From Ascidiella aspersa (taxonomy: Eukaryota): a stretch of 64,000 bases of DNA. The translations under genes were made by a program, and so were the position numbers. Shown here piece after piece: positions 1 to 15,000 of this stretch. The number at the start of each line of letters is the position of its first letter. Positions within the stretch are counted from its first letter, which is position 1. Below the pieces are notes generated by a model. It saw only the letters and a list, made by a program, of their open reading frames with translations, did no database searches and had not been told where the DNA came from. The stretch spans positions 35,898,001 to 35,962,000 of the forward strand of contig OZ004608.1 of the NCBI GenBank assembly GCA_963924565.1, given 5' to 3'.

Positions 1-93
1 TGTCAAGTCATTGACTGAAGTCATTACAACACTGCGATAAGGTATTAGCAACATGATCAGGTGCGGTAATAGTGCACGGTAATAGACCCGAAC

Positions 94-3000
94 CTTCTTC
101 CACTTTGTAGTTTTGTGAAGGTGCACAATCGTCTGCCGGTGGGCACGTTTTATAGTCCGGTGGTGGTGTTTGGCCTGCCTCATCGGATGCGAGTAATGTT
201 GCGGCTTCGGTAGGTGAATAAATTATTGGAAGTGTATCTTCCTCAGGTGTTTGACATTCGTCTTCATCAAAATGTTTCTCTTCTGTGCTCAACGAAAATA
301 AGTGGTATTTAAAAAAATAAACTACCTATCATGATTAACCTTAGTGGAAAAGTTTAGTAGGGGAAAGTAAGTTTTATGAAATTAATTTGAATTTCGGTTT
401 ATTAGAACTAAGATTTCTACCTGTATGTGAATCAGCTAAATTCATAACTGAACTGTAAACGTCTAATGCATTGACCTACTGAAAAAATGATATCAACCCG
501 TATCACATAAATTCAACGAAGTTATTGTATACGAGCTCAACTGTATCGCTGTAACCAGCTACTGTAATTAATTCAGCAAGGCGACTTAGTTGTAAATGGT
601 GGGCCGTGAAAAGGTTACTATCTGAACAAATGATGTACCTTTTGTGTTCTGTCGCGAAGTTGTATTACTGGAAGGATCTTTGGTCAACAATGGATAAAGT
701 TTCGGTAGTGAGGTTTGGCCCATCTCGATTGTTGGGAGAATATGACGAGAATCATGGTCATATTCAGCTGAGAACTGTGTCCTATCTTCTAATGTGGTGG
801 TTTCAGTAGGTGAAGGAGTTTTTAGCTGGAGTTTATTTTCTTTGGGTATATATGATGTACCTGTTACTTTTGTGTTCTGTCGCGAGGTTTTATTACTGGA
901 TGGATCTTTGGTCGATAATGGACCAAGTTCAATTTTTGATCCTCGTTCTTCATCTTCACATGAAATTCCTCTTTCTGTACGACAAGATTAAACACCAACG
1001 ATAGAGAGTTATCTGATTTTAAGCCCTAATTTCGAATGGGATGAAACAAATTTACTCGACAACACTTACGACACCAAAAAAATATTTTCACAGTAATTGT
1101 AAGACAGGGTTTAGATAATCTAGTAATTGAGTAAACAATAAACATACATGTTTACGGAATATAGTTAATCAATTGTCACACAGTATATTTTAACCAGGTA
1201 AATTAAAAAAATAATCATCAATAAAATCGACATCTAGGTTCATTAAGACTTTTGGTATTCATTGCCATGTACAGTATTAATAGAAAGAAAATAATCTTAC
1301 TTTTTAAACATTTCAATAGATGTTTTCGGACGAAGCACATCACTAGCCCCACTGAAACGATAAGTAGTAAAATGATGGGCAATATAAACCATGGAATTCT
1401 GTGTTCATCTGTTAATAAAACAAAGACGTTTTAATAGAGTGCATTAAATGTTTTAACAATACCTAATACGCTTTATAAAACTTCTATTTATACTGTGAAG
1501 TGATGTAAAAGAGAAAATGTTACCTACCAAATTGGTAAAAAGGCCACCTTTTGGGCTTGGAGTCAATGGCCCCCATGTTTGTCAAAATCAGTTTTATAAA
1601 TGCCAATATTTTGAAGAAAATACAAATTTCTTATGCTTTCAATGCGTCATATGTTTTAATTAAAGTTTTGCCAATTTGAACAAAAAATGCAATTAGTATC
1701 AATTTTGGTATTTTCATTTGGTCTCACTGATGTGAAATCGTTTAATACCGATTTGCTTTTTGTATGATGTCTATTTTATACGTGAGAGGAAACAAGGCAC
1801 AGGACAATTCCCGAAGGGCAGAAAGCTTAAGAACCACTGGTTTACAAACATTTAGCTTCCCTGACAGAAGTTACCTTCTAATATACCGTTATAACTCAAT
1901 TTCTTAGTTGCAATTAGTTTAGACAGATATCGTGTGCCGAACGTGCAATATAACAAAAATGTTCACATCATTTTTATTTTATCCGAATTTTAGTTCCAGG
2001 TCACAAATTAAACCATTGAATTTGAGTGTTTCATAAATAGTTCACTTCATGGCTTAAGTATATCAGAAGATGCTTGGGTCGCAAAATTTGACCATTATTA
2101 AGTCGTGTTAAAAAAGGTTGCGAACCACTGGTCTTTTGGAGCAGGTGTTGGTTTTGGTAAAATTCTGTTCTTTATAGTTTTAACAAACTACTTGGCAAAC
2201 GCGAGCATGTTTGTAGTTTTTAATCCATTTCCTTGATTTAAATTTCAATAATACAGTGTTTTCTCGGTAGTTCACTATATTTAACCGCAAACCCGGAGGT
2301 AAGGATATAGTTGAGACAAAAGTTCTTCCGGGAATTAAACGTATGGCAGGTGGGGCAAGTAGTAAAAAATAAACCCTCGAGTTAAAAAATATTTTTTTAT
2401 GCAAATGACATTGTAATGCATATTGGGTATAGGTTTGGTTTTGTATGGATATATTACACAGAACTTATTAGCTATTTCTCTTTTTCAATTTAAAGACAAT
2501 CAGACTATAAAACGCTTTTTAGTGACACCATTAACATGAGCTCTATTTACAAACCTTGTGTTGCTTCAATTGTGATTTCAAATAATTCGCTGAAGGAACT
2601 TTGACCAAACTCGTTGCCAACTGCAACTTTAACTTGGTACAAAGTTGCATTTTCGATTTTCGAGATCTGTAAAATATGTTTAGTTAGAAAATTAGAGCAG
2701 AGTGAAAAGCAAACAATAATATAACCAAAAAGTGACCAAAGTTTGGTGGATCTATAACAAATATGTATGCTTTTTTAATTTTTAAAGAAAATAACACGAT
2801 TCTTTTGGAAAAGCAGATATCCTTAAAACCAATCTAGTTAGAGGTCAAAATTGTTAAATTGTTACCGCGAAATTGGTGTTACAATATAAATCTAACTAAC
2901 ATTAAAAAGATATTTATCCTAAAAGCGTAAAAAACGGGGGATAAAAAATGGAGCCTAGAAAGAAAAACGAGAAACAATGTGTTGGTGACTTAATAACTTA

Positions 3001-6000
3001 ATAACTATAAACGTCGTTGAATATGCCGGATCTCTAAGCAGTTTATTCTTTAAAATGTCGCATACCTATATACATATTGCGTTCAGACATATTCTTTAGA
3101 TATATTTTGGACATATATTTATTGTTATATATTACTCAAGTTTTTACAGTAATCAAGGATGATGTAGCAGACGAATGGGTTTCGTTCCACTCGGAACAAA
3201 CGTTTCCGTCATCCGCCGTTGCATTGTAGCAAAACCGATACTTGACAATATAAATCACTTTGGATGATCCATAGTATTTGGTCGGGTAGGTCTGAAATTA
3301 AAAAAAAATTACTTGAGATGAAAACAACGCACAAGATGAAAAAAACAGTTGATTTGTTAGGTTAAGCATTGACATCTGCTAACAATCTGTATGTAACCTT
3401 TAAAATACTTACATTCCAAGTCATCAATATATTTCCATCGTTCAACGTTGCATTGACACCAGATGGCGCTAAAGAAGGAGCTACAACAACAACAAAAATA
3501 TTTACAATTCATAGTTGTACAACACTTCCAGATAGTTATAATGCGTGGGCAATTCTTACCTATACATTATGCAACATGAATTAGCTGAACAAATTAATGT
3601 TAGTTTAAATACGTAGTGCTTGTTATGTGAACTAGTCAGGGGTGGACGAGTAACTTTTGTTTCAGATATAGTCACAAACCTTATGACGTAACTATTGGAA
3701 CATACTATCACTTAAGTCGATTATATAAAAGTGCGTAGAAACATGTTTGTGTTCAGTTAAACTTTCTGCGAATTCGACAAAAAAACTTTTATCTACAATT
3801 TTGTGGATTTGCACTTTTCTTACTTATTTTGTTGATCTTAAGAGGCTCCTGCAAATGTTGGTAAGTATAAAGACAGAATAACTGAATAACCCTTACATAA
3901 ATGGAAACAAAGAGAGCAACGGAAAAAATGCTCAGTCCTGCTTAGATTAGCAAAATGTCGCGCTACTCAAGCGGATAAAACTGATAATTAGGGCGATTAT
4001 TTTTTAAACTTGTCAAAAAAAGTTAAAATTTTGTCAAAATTTATGCGTTAGGTCAGAATTTTTTTGTAAATTAGTTAAAGACCAAATAGAATAAAAATTG
4101 ACATATATCGTTTTTAAAAAAAAGTAAGATAAAAGTATAGTCACCTTTTTGAAATAGTCGTTCAGTTAAAAAAAAAATTTAGTTATATTCAACGACATTT
4201 TAACATTATTGGTACACGCGAGCTGCCAGAATTAACCACCCAGTTCTAATTTACCGCATTAGGTTCAGCTTTAACTTCGTTTTTCATCATATAGTTTTTA
4301 TCTCTATAAATGTATTGCTCTTTTTTGGTTGTGATTTGCAATTATCCCATTTCCCATTTCGATAACTAGGTCTTTGTTCACTTTCTGCAATTGTTTTTGC
4401 GTTGTATTTTAACTGTTTACAACACATTTTTCTAAAATAACCAGCGTCTTGTTTTTCTTATGCATTTTTATAGTTGTCTGTATTTTTAAAATGACAAAAA
4501 TATCATCTAAGCATTTTTATGAGTTTTTTTCCGAAAAACATAAATAATTTGCGTTTGACCGGGGTCAGTAAAACAACAAAAACGTGTGATTGACGACGCC
4601 AAAACACTAATGCAGTGCTTCAAAAAAAAATATGCTGTTTAAATCAATGATTTTGTAATGGTTAAAATTTTGTCAACAAAAATATATTTTTAGGTCAAAT
4701 AAGTCAAAATTTCTCATTTTTTAACTCAAAAAATATTCGCCTACTGATAAGTAAACTTACAACCTACCTCCTCCCAATGTCTTTCGTGGTTTGCTTATTT
4801 CACTCGCCTTGCTCATTCCATATTTATTGATGGAATATACTCGGTAAACGTATTCGATGTATGGAAGCAAGTTTGAAGCATAACAAGGCTTGTTGACGTC
4901 ACAATCGAAAGTAAACCAATTATCTTCTTGTTCCAAACGCCCTTCCACCTTATATTGAATGACGTCTGACGATTGGTTGTCCCACGTCAGATGCTGTGAC
5001 GTGGCGCTCGAATTGATGACGTCAACATGAATCGGGAATGTAGGGAGGTCTACATTATAATTTATACGAGTTTAACGAAACCCAAATTTAGAATTTTCTC
5101 GTGGTAACAAATCACAAAACAATAAAACTCTTGATTGTCTGCCTAATGAACGCAGATGTTTAACAACATGTAAGAATAAGGTGTTTAAGTTAAACAGAAC
5201 TTAATAATATATTTCTTCGTCTATAACATTAATATGTTTTTTTTAGATGCCTTATCAGCACTTGTTAAATATTGGAAGAAGCTAACGCACATACACAACG
5301 CCTTACGAACAATGACATATGAAGCGACATATATTTAAACAACGTGTGTGTTTACCAGCTATAGATAGGTGTGTTGTAGCACAGTTCTCATCGAAGTTTG
5401 AGGAAGTACAACATTTGTAAGCACCAGCTTGGTCATCCCCTACTTCTTTTAACTGCAAACCAAAAGTCACATTTTCGTAAGCTTGATTCGCAATGAAAAA
5501 CTATTGTTCTCCTTCTTTGGTATTTTATTTTATTTAATTAAGGAACGCTCCTAGTGGCCGCCTTAGCCTCCAACAGAAACGTGTCTCGGTCCTAATTTCT
5601 GACCTGATTTTGTTCGTGGTAATAGCAACTTCTGTTGGTATGCAAGTTTTGTGAGCACTATTTAGGCCATATAGTTCTTGAATAAGAAACGAAGTTATTG
5701 CAAATTGCAATCATCAATTATGTTTATTAACTTCTAACTGATTTCAGTAGCCAACAACTTAAAATATTATTATAAACGATGTATGTTTTACCTGAAGAGT
5801 ACCATTTACATGATCATAATCTACAACATCAGTTTCAATTCCGCCAACAAAATGAGTCCAACTCCATTTTGTCTCAAGTCGTTCATCGTGTGTTTCGTTG
5901 CATTGTAAAGTTTGATTTTGTCCTCGTAATACTTCAATTTTGTCTTTAACTGCTACACCAACAGTGGGTTCTAAATCAACGTAAAATCAAAAACGATGAA

Positions 6001-9000
6001 ATTTAATCACGACAGATGACTGTGTTACAACATTTCAACTGAAAACTACTCAATTATGTCACTACTGCTTGACAAGAAATGTGACCATCGCATTTCATAT
6101 AGAAAACGTTATTTTACCATAAACCACAAATTGTGTAGATTCAGTAATTGATCCTTTATTGTTTGTTGCCGTACAACTATACGTCCCCTCATCGGATTTA
6201 GAAGTACTTTGAATCAACAATGATCCCTCGGTTAGTGATCCTTTGCTTGATATTCTGTAAAAATAAAAAATAAAAATAAAACCAGCTTTTGCTACATACC
6301 ATATTAGTAGGCTGAATAAAATTTCGTTTATTTAATTCGTAATTAATTAATTTATTTACAATGTCGAACACAAAACAAAACAAAAAAACTGCATCATCAC
6401 AACGTCAGTACAACGATGAATGCAAAAAATCAATATTGAGTATAATAAGGAAAAAAATCTATATATATTTGTTTGATCTAAAATTAAATATATAAAATCT
6501 CTTATACTTACTTAAGATTGCTTGTCATGTTAACGCCATCTTTCATCCAATAAATACGTGGTCTTGGGTATCCTTCAACTGTACAATTCAATATAATGGT
6601 CCTAAAATTGTAAAACAACATCAGTTTAAAACGTTAAGCATAAAACCATCCCGGAGGTTAGTTGTTTAGTCCAGTTAAGCTACTGTAAGTTAATATATTG
6701 GCCTATTTAACAACATTACTCCACTTCGAAAAGACATATTTTTTGGAACTATTTGTCCTCTGTTGCTTTGCTTGCTCGTTGAAATAAAGCACCTAATAAA
6801 GCGTCAATTTTACCTTGAATTCACAAATCGGTGCTGGTCTAGAATCCTACCACAAGAAACATTATTTGGGTTAGGGTGCTGGTTAGCGTTTGGGTTAGGG
6901 TGGGTCAAGTATTATTATTAAATAAAAACATAATAACACTTGACCCACCCACACCCAAATGCTAACCAACACCCCAACTCAAATTTTGTGCGTTGATTTC
7001 ATAGCTGTGGTAGGATTCTAGACCAGCGACCTCAAATAAAATATTAAACCCTTAACTTACTTGTTTTTCAGGGATTCTACTTGATCAAAGCCGGTCGCAA
7101 AACGAGGTGAAAGTTCTATGAAAAAAAAGGAAAACAATTTATGACTTCACCACAAATTAAAAAAGAAATTGGAAAAAATTCAAAGCTCATTTGCCTTTAA
7201 TTCTAAGCTTGGCATTTGAAGTCAAACTTTCAAGTGGATTTTCGGCAACACATTGATATATTGCCACGTCATCTTCAACAACTTCCGTAATCGTCATTAC
7301 ACTTCCGTCTTCTGTTCCCACGCTCGCACTCACACGTGACGTCATCTCAATAGGAGCTTCATTTTTAAGCCACTTATAAGTTGGCTGAGGAATACCTGAA
7401 GCTTTGCAGCGGAATGTCGCAGTTTCGTGAAAATCGACGTTTTGAGAAAATATTCTTCGTTTAAGAAACAGGGGTTCTGAAAGTATTTTGAAATAGCCTT
7501 GAATTTTGAGAAATTGAATTTATACGGATGTACTAAGAGCTTATAGTGACTGGGTCGGGACTTATGCATCTATAACAGATTAGGGCTAAAGTGCCAGCCT
7601 CGCTAGGTTGCCATGTTACGCGGTGATAAATCTTGATTGTTTATTAAATGTTTGGCCTACCTTCATGGCAGTAGTTTATTCAGTGCTCAATGCCCGTGTG
7701 TACTAAATACCAGTAGTGAGCAAATCATTTGCAAAACGAAACAATTTTCTAAGCTTAAATATATAGTTATTCTGCGCGTTGTGTGGCATTTATTGTTGTT
7801 GTAAAGCCAAATTCATTTTCAAACAGCTGATAAGAATACCTGAAACGATTACTTCCCCTTGTGCTGTCATAGAACCCTGTTTATTGCTGGCCGTACATCG
7901 GTAGGTACCAGTGACGTCATGTGTGACGTCATGGATTTCAAGTTGTCCCGCTTCGGTGATGACGTGATTAGAGGGAAGGGATCCGTTTATTTTTGTCCAC
8001 TTGAGGGTTGAAGTTGGACTGAAAAAAGATTTTCGTAAAAGTCGGTATAGTTAAATCTTATGAACTGATCGAACAGAAAAACAAAGTTGAAATCTTAATC
8101 TTTTAATAAAAGAAATTAAGTTTTGCTACTAGTTTATTCTTACTTGTAATATGTTTGAAATAATATTAGGTAGTGCTTGGTTTATAGTTGGGACCAATTT
8201 ACTAATTTAATTATTTTACAATTTTGTGAAGACTAAAAACGAAAATACTGGGGTGATTCTTTGATGTGATTTTAAGTTTAACAAAAAAGCCTACTTACTT
8301 TCCACCAGCGAAGCACTCAAGCATGACTGATGAACCCACTTTAGCATACGTCACATTCTTCGGTTTCAAGAGCATTGTTGGAGGATTAAGTTTGTCTAAG
8401 TTAATAAAAAGACAACAAACATAAACAACAATAAGGTCAATTAGGTTAACTACAACATCCGTACTCACCAGACTTCGATACTTTTAGGTCGATATAATGC
8501 GATGACTTTTCGATTCGACGACCGCTCGGCAAATTCCACTTATCACGAATGAAGCAGAAATATTTATCAGTTAGGTCTGTTGTGGGATTGGCAAAGTAGA
8601 GGGTTCCGTTTTGCGACACGTAATAATCAGCTCTTCCAGGTTTTCCATAGATAATAAAAGCATTAATAGATTCCCAGAAAAAGTACACCGAGTTGTCTGT
8701 AAAATAAACGTGGTTGTAATGTTCACTGGAAATAGGAAACTGCTGAAAACTTCAAAACGGATAAAACGAACATTATTAGTTCATTGAAGTTAAAAACAAC
8801 TGTACTTTATAACATGTAACTTACCAGGAGCAAAGTTGGCTGTTTCACATGAAATAGCAATTCCTTTACCAGCTTCTGTGCTGTATGAAGTTTTACTTAG
8901 AGGTCCAAAATCATTTATAACTGAAAATATATTGGGATATTTTTAATGTTTTTTTGCTGTAGCAGTGGTTTGTAACAAAGAGTTTGAACAAAATTTAAAT

Positions 9001-12000
9001 TACTTCAAAAACAAGATTCATTCCTCAATTACGTGTACATTTATGTAAATGTATATCTTTTTTAACTGTAACGGTTTGTTCACACTTCCCTCGCTTCCAA
9101 CCGAAAGCTTTAAAGTTGAAATATTTTAACTTTCCGCAACCGATGTGCCGACGTTTATCGAATAACACGTCTAGTGCTAACTAACCTTAACGCTAAAAAT
9201 TAAATATTAACAGACAACTTTTTTAAGTTTTGCCTTGGCAAAATTAAGTGTTTAAATATTATGGCCAAGGCTATCTACCGCAGCATGTTCCCAAACAATA
9301 TGAAAAGCTACTCCTGGCTGATCGTATATGTAGGAGAAATGCAAATCAGTTATTTTGTACCCATGTCCTTTGGTAGCAGCTTTGTTATAAACTTACAAGT
9401 GATCTCAAGTTTTCCTTGATTGCTTAAAGCTGTTCCTTCATCACTTGTTGCCAGGCACTGGTAATTCCCCCCATCTGATACTCGCAGTGGATTTATCGTC
9501 AGTGAGCCATTCTTGCTGATCTTGTACCTCTCTGTATTTGTTAAACAGTGCGTTATCAAAAGCACATAATATAGGAAAAACATTTTTTTACAGTAAATCA
9601 TCATATGAAAACACACAAGATGTCTTCAGAGAGGCTTACAGAAACCAGTCATTCTGATCAGTATTGTAGTACAAGAAAGGCCAGGCTAGAATAACAACAA
9701 CTATTATGCGGTGAGGATCGAACTCACGACCTTTATCACACCTGACTCTACGAAAGCACATTTTTTATTATATAATGTTTGCCGTTATAGTTGGCCAGTA
9801 TAACCCCAGAAGGGCTATGGTCACAGAATACACATTGTTTATATGCATGTTTCAGTTGCTAAAAACAACAAATAAATATTAAGCATATTTTGATTAAAGA
9901 GTTACATCCCAGGAAAATGTAATTACTTTGTCCGTCATACATCAAAATCATGACAAAACTCAACACGTAGTAAAGACCATACAAAAGTAGATATCATTTT
10001 AAGCGTTTCGAATACCTCTTTGGTAATTTTCAAAATCAATTCTGTATAGGCTATGATATTCTTACTACGTCTTACTAAAACCTTCAACATTTATGCTCCA
10101 AAAACTTAACAGTAACAAAAAAATTTAATATTTCTTTTTGGTCATACCTGAGTTGTTTGCTAAAATATAAAAACTAAACGGTTTTGCAATTGATGATGAA
10201 AACAGCGGACTCTTAAAAAACGAAAAGTCCAACAGAGTTTAAAATAACAATTAAAAGCCGATGGTGCAAATATGCTGAACCCAACTGTCGTGACGCGTTG
10301 TCAAATCTGTAAAATGTTGCTAATAAAGAAGCAGCGACTTTTAGGACTCACCATTTGTAATTATTTTGTGACCATCTTTTATCCACGTGGTACTTTGTTT
10401 TAATAAGTTTGTTTCACATTGAAATGTTACTTGCTTCGTTCCATCAAAGAGTCTAACATATTGATCAGTTGGTTCACGTAAAAATACATTATCTAAGGAA
10501 ACAAATATGTTTTATAATACGTCTTATATTTTATGACTGGTCTATTTTTACGATTACAAACAAATGATGCAACTTAACCTTTTAGACTTAGTTTTGCATT
10601 TGAATACAATTGCCCGACAATATTTTCAGCCACACATTGATATATTGCCACGTCATCGTCACCAACTTCCGCAATCGTCATCACACTTCCGCCTTCCGTT
10701 CCCACGCCAATATTCACACGTGACGTCGTTTCAATAGGAGCTCCATTTTTTAACCATGTGTAGTTTAATGCAGATAAACTTGTAGCCTTACAATAAAACG
10801 TTGTTGTTTCACCGTACTGGACAATTTGCGAGGAGATGTTCGTGACCCAAGTTGGTTTATCTAAAAACAAACATCTAGTGTAAACGGCACTTTTTAATTA
10901 TAAATTGTAATTATCTACAAATAACCGGGTGGCATTTAAAGTCTAAACAAAATCAGGTAGTCGACAAGAAATGCTTGCAAACAAGATTTGACCTGCATAG
11001 CTTAGTTGGTAGATCAAATAAGTCCTAAATTATTGGGAATAAGGTCTAAATCAGGGTTCGGCAACCCCTGGCCATAGGCGTAGCCAGAATTTATAAATAT
11101 TTTCAAAATTTATAAATATTTTACTCTTAATAATTTGTTATGTAGCATTTATGAGCAGTACCACAACATTTGATCACAGGCATGCCACACATTTAATTGT
11201 CATGCATTGGTACGTCACAAACGATGTAGTTAATATTACGTTTGCTATACATTAATGTACTTTTACTACTTTTAGACGGTTTTTCCTCTTTGAATGTTTT
11301 TTGAGTATTGCGTTAACACTAAGTCAGTTGCTGCTCGAAACGGTTTGCTAGCATTGTTATTTGTGTTCGTTATGGCAGTTAATACAATGACAAAAGCTAA
11401 ACAAAAAATTCCAACTTTTTGGCCCCACTAAAAATTTTCGGCTGGCTACGCCACTGTCCCTGACACGCGTGCCACTTGTGGCTTTTTTGCATGGCACGCC
11501 AATTGATTTAACGCGCACGTTATATCACCTTAAGAAAGTGCAACCACTACATTACTAACACTAGGGCTAACTAAATGGTTGCACACATTGGCAGTTCGTG
11601 TCACAAATAAGTGTCTTAACTGTGTTGTATTTAATGTTATTTTTTGTGGGCGTTATACTTGTTGTTTACTATTAACCGTTCCTATTACGTCACAATGCCC
11701 CAAATTTGGCGTAACGTTTACTACGTTAAAGCAGGGCATTCTACATCAGTGGTTCTCAACCGCCGGTCTGCGTCAACTTTTCTGCCGGTCCGCCAAAATT
11801 TATATCTCAATTGTAAAAAGCAAGATGTTGGAGGCGGCTTGTCCATCAAATTTAGAACTTAGCAGCCAGTTCCGTAATTTGCAACATTGTGACGTAACAT
11901 AGAGTTAATGGTCTATTTCGGACTTTATCGTACGTCACAATGGTCCAAGTGTTGTGCCCAACTATTTAAAAGTAGGCTACAACTTGTTCAAGTCTTAAAC

Positions 12001-15000
12001 TTTAAGACAAGTTGTACGTGAAAAACTTCAAGGGAAACACGTATGATATCAAAAAGACAGCAGCAAATTTCTCATTACATTGAAGTTTTCGTTATTTGCT
12101 TTTAAGTTGCATACTTTTGTCATAATTACATTTTGGGTTGAATTTAATTTTTAAAGGTCCACCGGTCCGCAAAAATTGTTTTAAAATTTTCCCGGTCCGT
12201 AAGTTAAAAAGGTTGAGAACCACTGTTCTACATTAAAAATAAGCACGTGTGTTTTTGTACGACTGAGAAACCAACAAAAAGCGAAACTGATAGTTAACAC
12301 TTAGGTTTAACACCAAGGTATCGGCTTAAAAGCATTGAAATATATTTCAAAAAAGATACGTAAACTATATGTCAGATCACAGCATGCATGCAGGGCTGCT
12401 GAGTCGGACTCGGGACTCGAGTAAGACCAGGTAAACCTACCCGAGTCCGACGAGTGCGGCATGCGCAGTACTAAACTTCATAACTGATAAGGCAGCAAAC
12501 TGTAAATTGTTAAGGAGGAATAGCATATGCTCGTGGCGTATTTTCCATGACCCTATGAGTGGATTGCGGAATATCCACCTTAATTTAGTGACGTAAATTG
12601 ATGAAATACAGGCTGTAGAGTCGAAGTCGGACTCGGGACGAGATGAACTCTTATATTCGGCCGAAGTTAGATTCGGGTTTGTTTTTAATCATGTCCGCAA
12701 ACCTGATTGCCAGTGCAAAACCAAACATAGAAAAATGTTTAGCACGCGAGTTGTTATATTTTGACATTATTCATAAACTGGCACACTGCGTACGAAAGGT
12801 TGAGAGGTTATGGGATAATCGGGTCCATCGGTTTGGCATCGGCCGTTATGGTTATCGGCCGTACATTTGGACGCTCTAGTCTGACCTGCGCTAGGGCGCC
12901 GCTGTTTTGGCACTGGATTTTGGTCCTGTTTGTGGTTTTTGGTGGTAATGGGTGGGGTTAGAAAATCGGTTAGTGTTGAAATTATTAGGGAAGTTTGTGG
13001 TGGGGTTTGGGGTTAGTTAAAGTGTTGTCTAGGCCAGATTCTGACCTTACGCCTTATTTAGGATTTAGGATTATTCCGATTTGACGGTACTAATACAATT
13101 GGGTATTAGTCCTATTTTGGCCTTATTCCGAAATTGTGTTTCATTCTGACGTTGGTGTTGTTCTTATATCCGTCTTATGGTTGGAGTCCCGTTTAAGCAG
13201 CCTATGCTAACTCTTTATCGGCCGGTTTGGGAACCTAGTAAGGCTGCACGGAGTTCTAACGACAGAAATGACTTATCGTTGGTTAATGCCAATTTTAAAA
13301 CATGCAAGTTTTTGGCCGCTATATTAGTTCCAAGTTATTAGTAATTAACTTTACTGAATGAAATTTTGATGAAAACAATATTGGCAGGCGTAGTGAGTAC
13401 CAAAGTACACACCGCGCATTGTGACGTAATAACTAGAAACTGTTTACTCCAATCAAAACGTTGACTCGCTTGCGAAAAATACATAAACTGTTTATACTTG
13501 AAAGTTGGCTCTTCCCATAACTTGCATCAAAATGCATAACGAAATATCACACCCGACTGAATTGTAAGTTTCGAAGACAAATTCTAAAATCCCCCTTCGG
13601 GGTGAATTTAAATATTTAAATAAAATTGATTGCCTGAAAAACAAGTATATCATGTTGGCCTGACCAGGTTTGTCACAAAAACATATGCTAACTGGTAAGT
13701 TCACCTGTTATCTCCAGTCTAACACTTGATGTCGCACTCCCAAGCTTGTTTTTAGCCTCACACTCGTAAACTCCAGCCATATCTACTGTGACGTAATAAA
13801 CCACAAGTTGACCCGCGCTCGTGATCACGTGACTTAAAGGAAGTTGACCATTAACTTTTCTCCAAAAGATGTTTGGCGTTGGGCTGAAATCGTGAATATA
13901 AACACTATAACATTTCAAAATTATGACCTTATTTGGGCAGTATTTTTGACATTTTATACGTTACAACATTATTTAATTAATTTTCATCACTCGTATAAGC
14001 TACACTTACTTTCCACTGGCAAAACATTCTAAAGTTATGGTTTCACCGACATGAACATAGGTGGTTGATTTTGGCTGCAACATCATTACTGGCGCATGTT
14101 GTTGTTCTGAAAAACAGAAAGGCTGTATGAGGTACATATTTCTTTAATAAGAATTTTCAACACATCATATTTTATTTACTTTCTCCAGTTACACTAAGAA
14201 CGATTTCCGATGAATTGTGTTCCCTGTAAATATCAAAGTATGGCTCCTTTCCAGTAACGTAGCAAGTATATACGTTCGAGTCAGCCTTTGTTGGGTTGGA
14301 GAGATAAAGAGCTCCGTCAGTTTGCGACACATAGTACTCGGGTGTACCCGGTGAACCAAGTTGGTTGCGGTTTTCTTCCTTCTCCCAAAAGTAATCGACC
14401 GAGTTTTCTAAATCAAATACGATTTAATGGTTTAAAGGATCTTTATTGTATGCTATAAAAATAATAGATTTGCTCTTACCTGGCGAAAAGTTAGCTCCGT
14501 CGCACGTTAGTTTCACACCAATACCTTGATTAGTCGTAACACGTGAGCGAGTTTTGCCTTTAAAAGGTCTAAAGTCTAAACAGAGAAAATAGACACAAAA
14601 GAAAACAACATAACGCTGGGCAAATATGCAGGATTGCTTGATTTTCTACCAGGCGACGCGTTAAGCACATTTTTACCAGTAATCTAAAAATGTGCCTTTG
14701 TAAACTATCACTTATCGGTATATTTTTACCTATCCGTACATATAATATAATAACAGCTGGTGAAAACGCTAGCTTTGAAAAAAGCACAAAAACTTTGAAT
14801 AGCTCGTAAAACGGTACAATTGGTTTGATTTTGTTATATGCAAATTAAATCACTTACATTTTGTCTCAAGAAATGCCACATTGCTTAGCGCAGTTCCTTC
14901 ATTATTTGAGGCCAAACATTGATACTTTCCTTCGTCAGAAGCGTTGACTCTTGAAATTATCAAGCTGCCATGTTGGTCCACCAGAAACCTGCTATGTTCT

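Noticed and set aside
606-1434. Plus-strand ORFs over the tail/TM region (and equivalents at 22245-24098)
   Set aside because: Antisense shadows of minus-strand exons with no recognisable protein features.
2115-2165. Possible proline-rich stalk exon (ILPKPTPAPKDQ) before the TM exon
   Set aside because: That frame needs a phase-2 acceptor, while the neighbours are phase 1. It also abuts a MITE-like end (CAGTGGTTCGCAACC).
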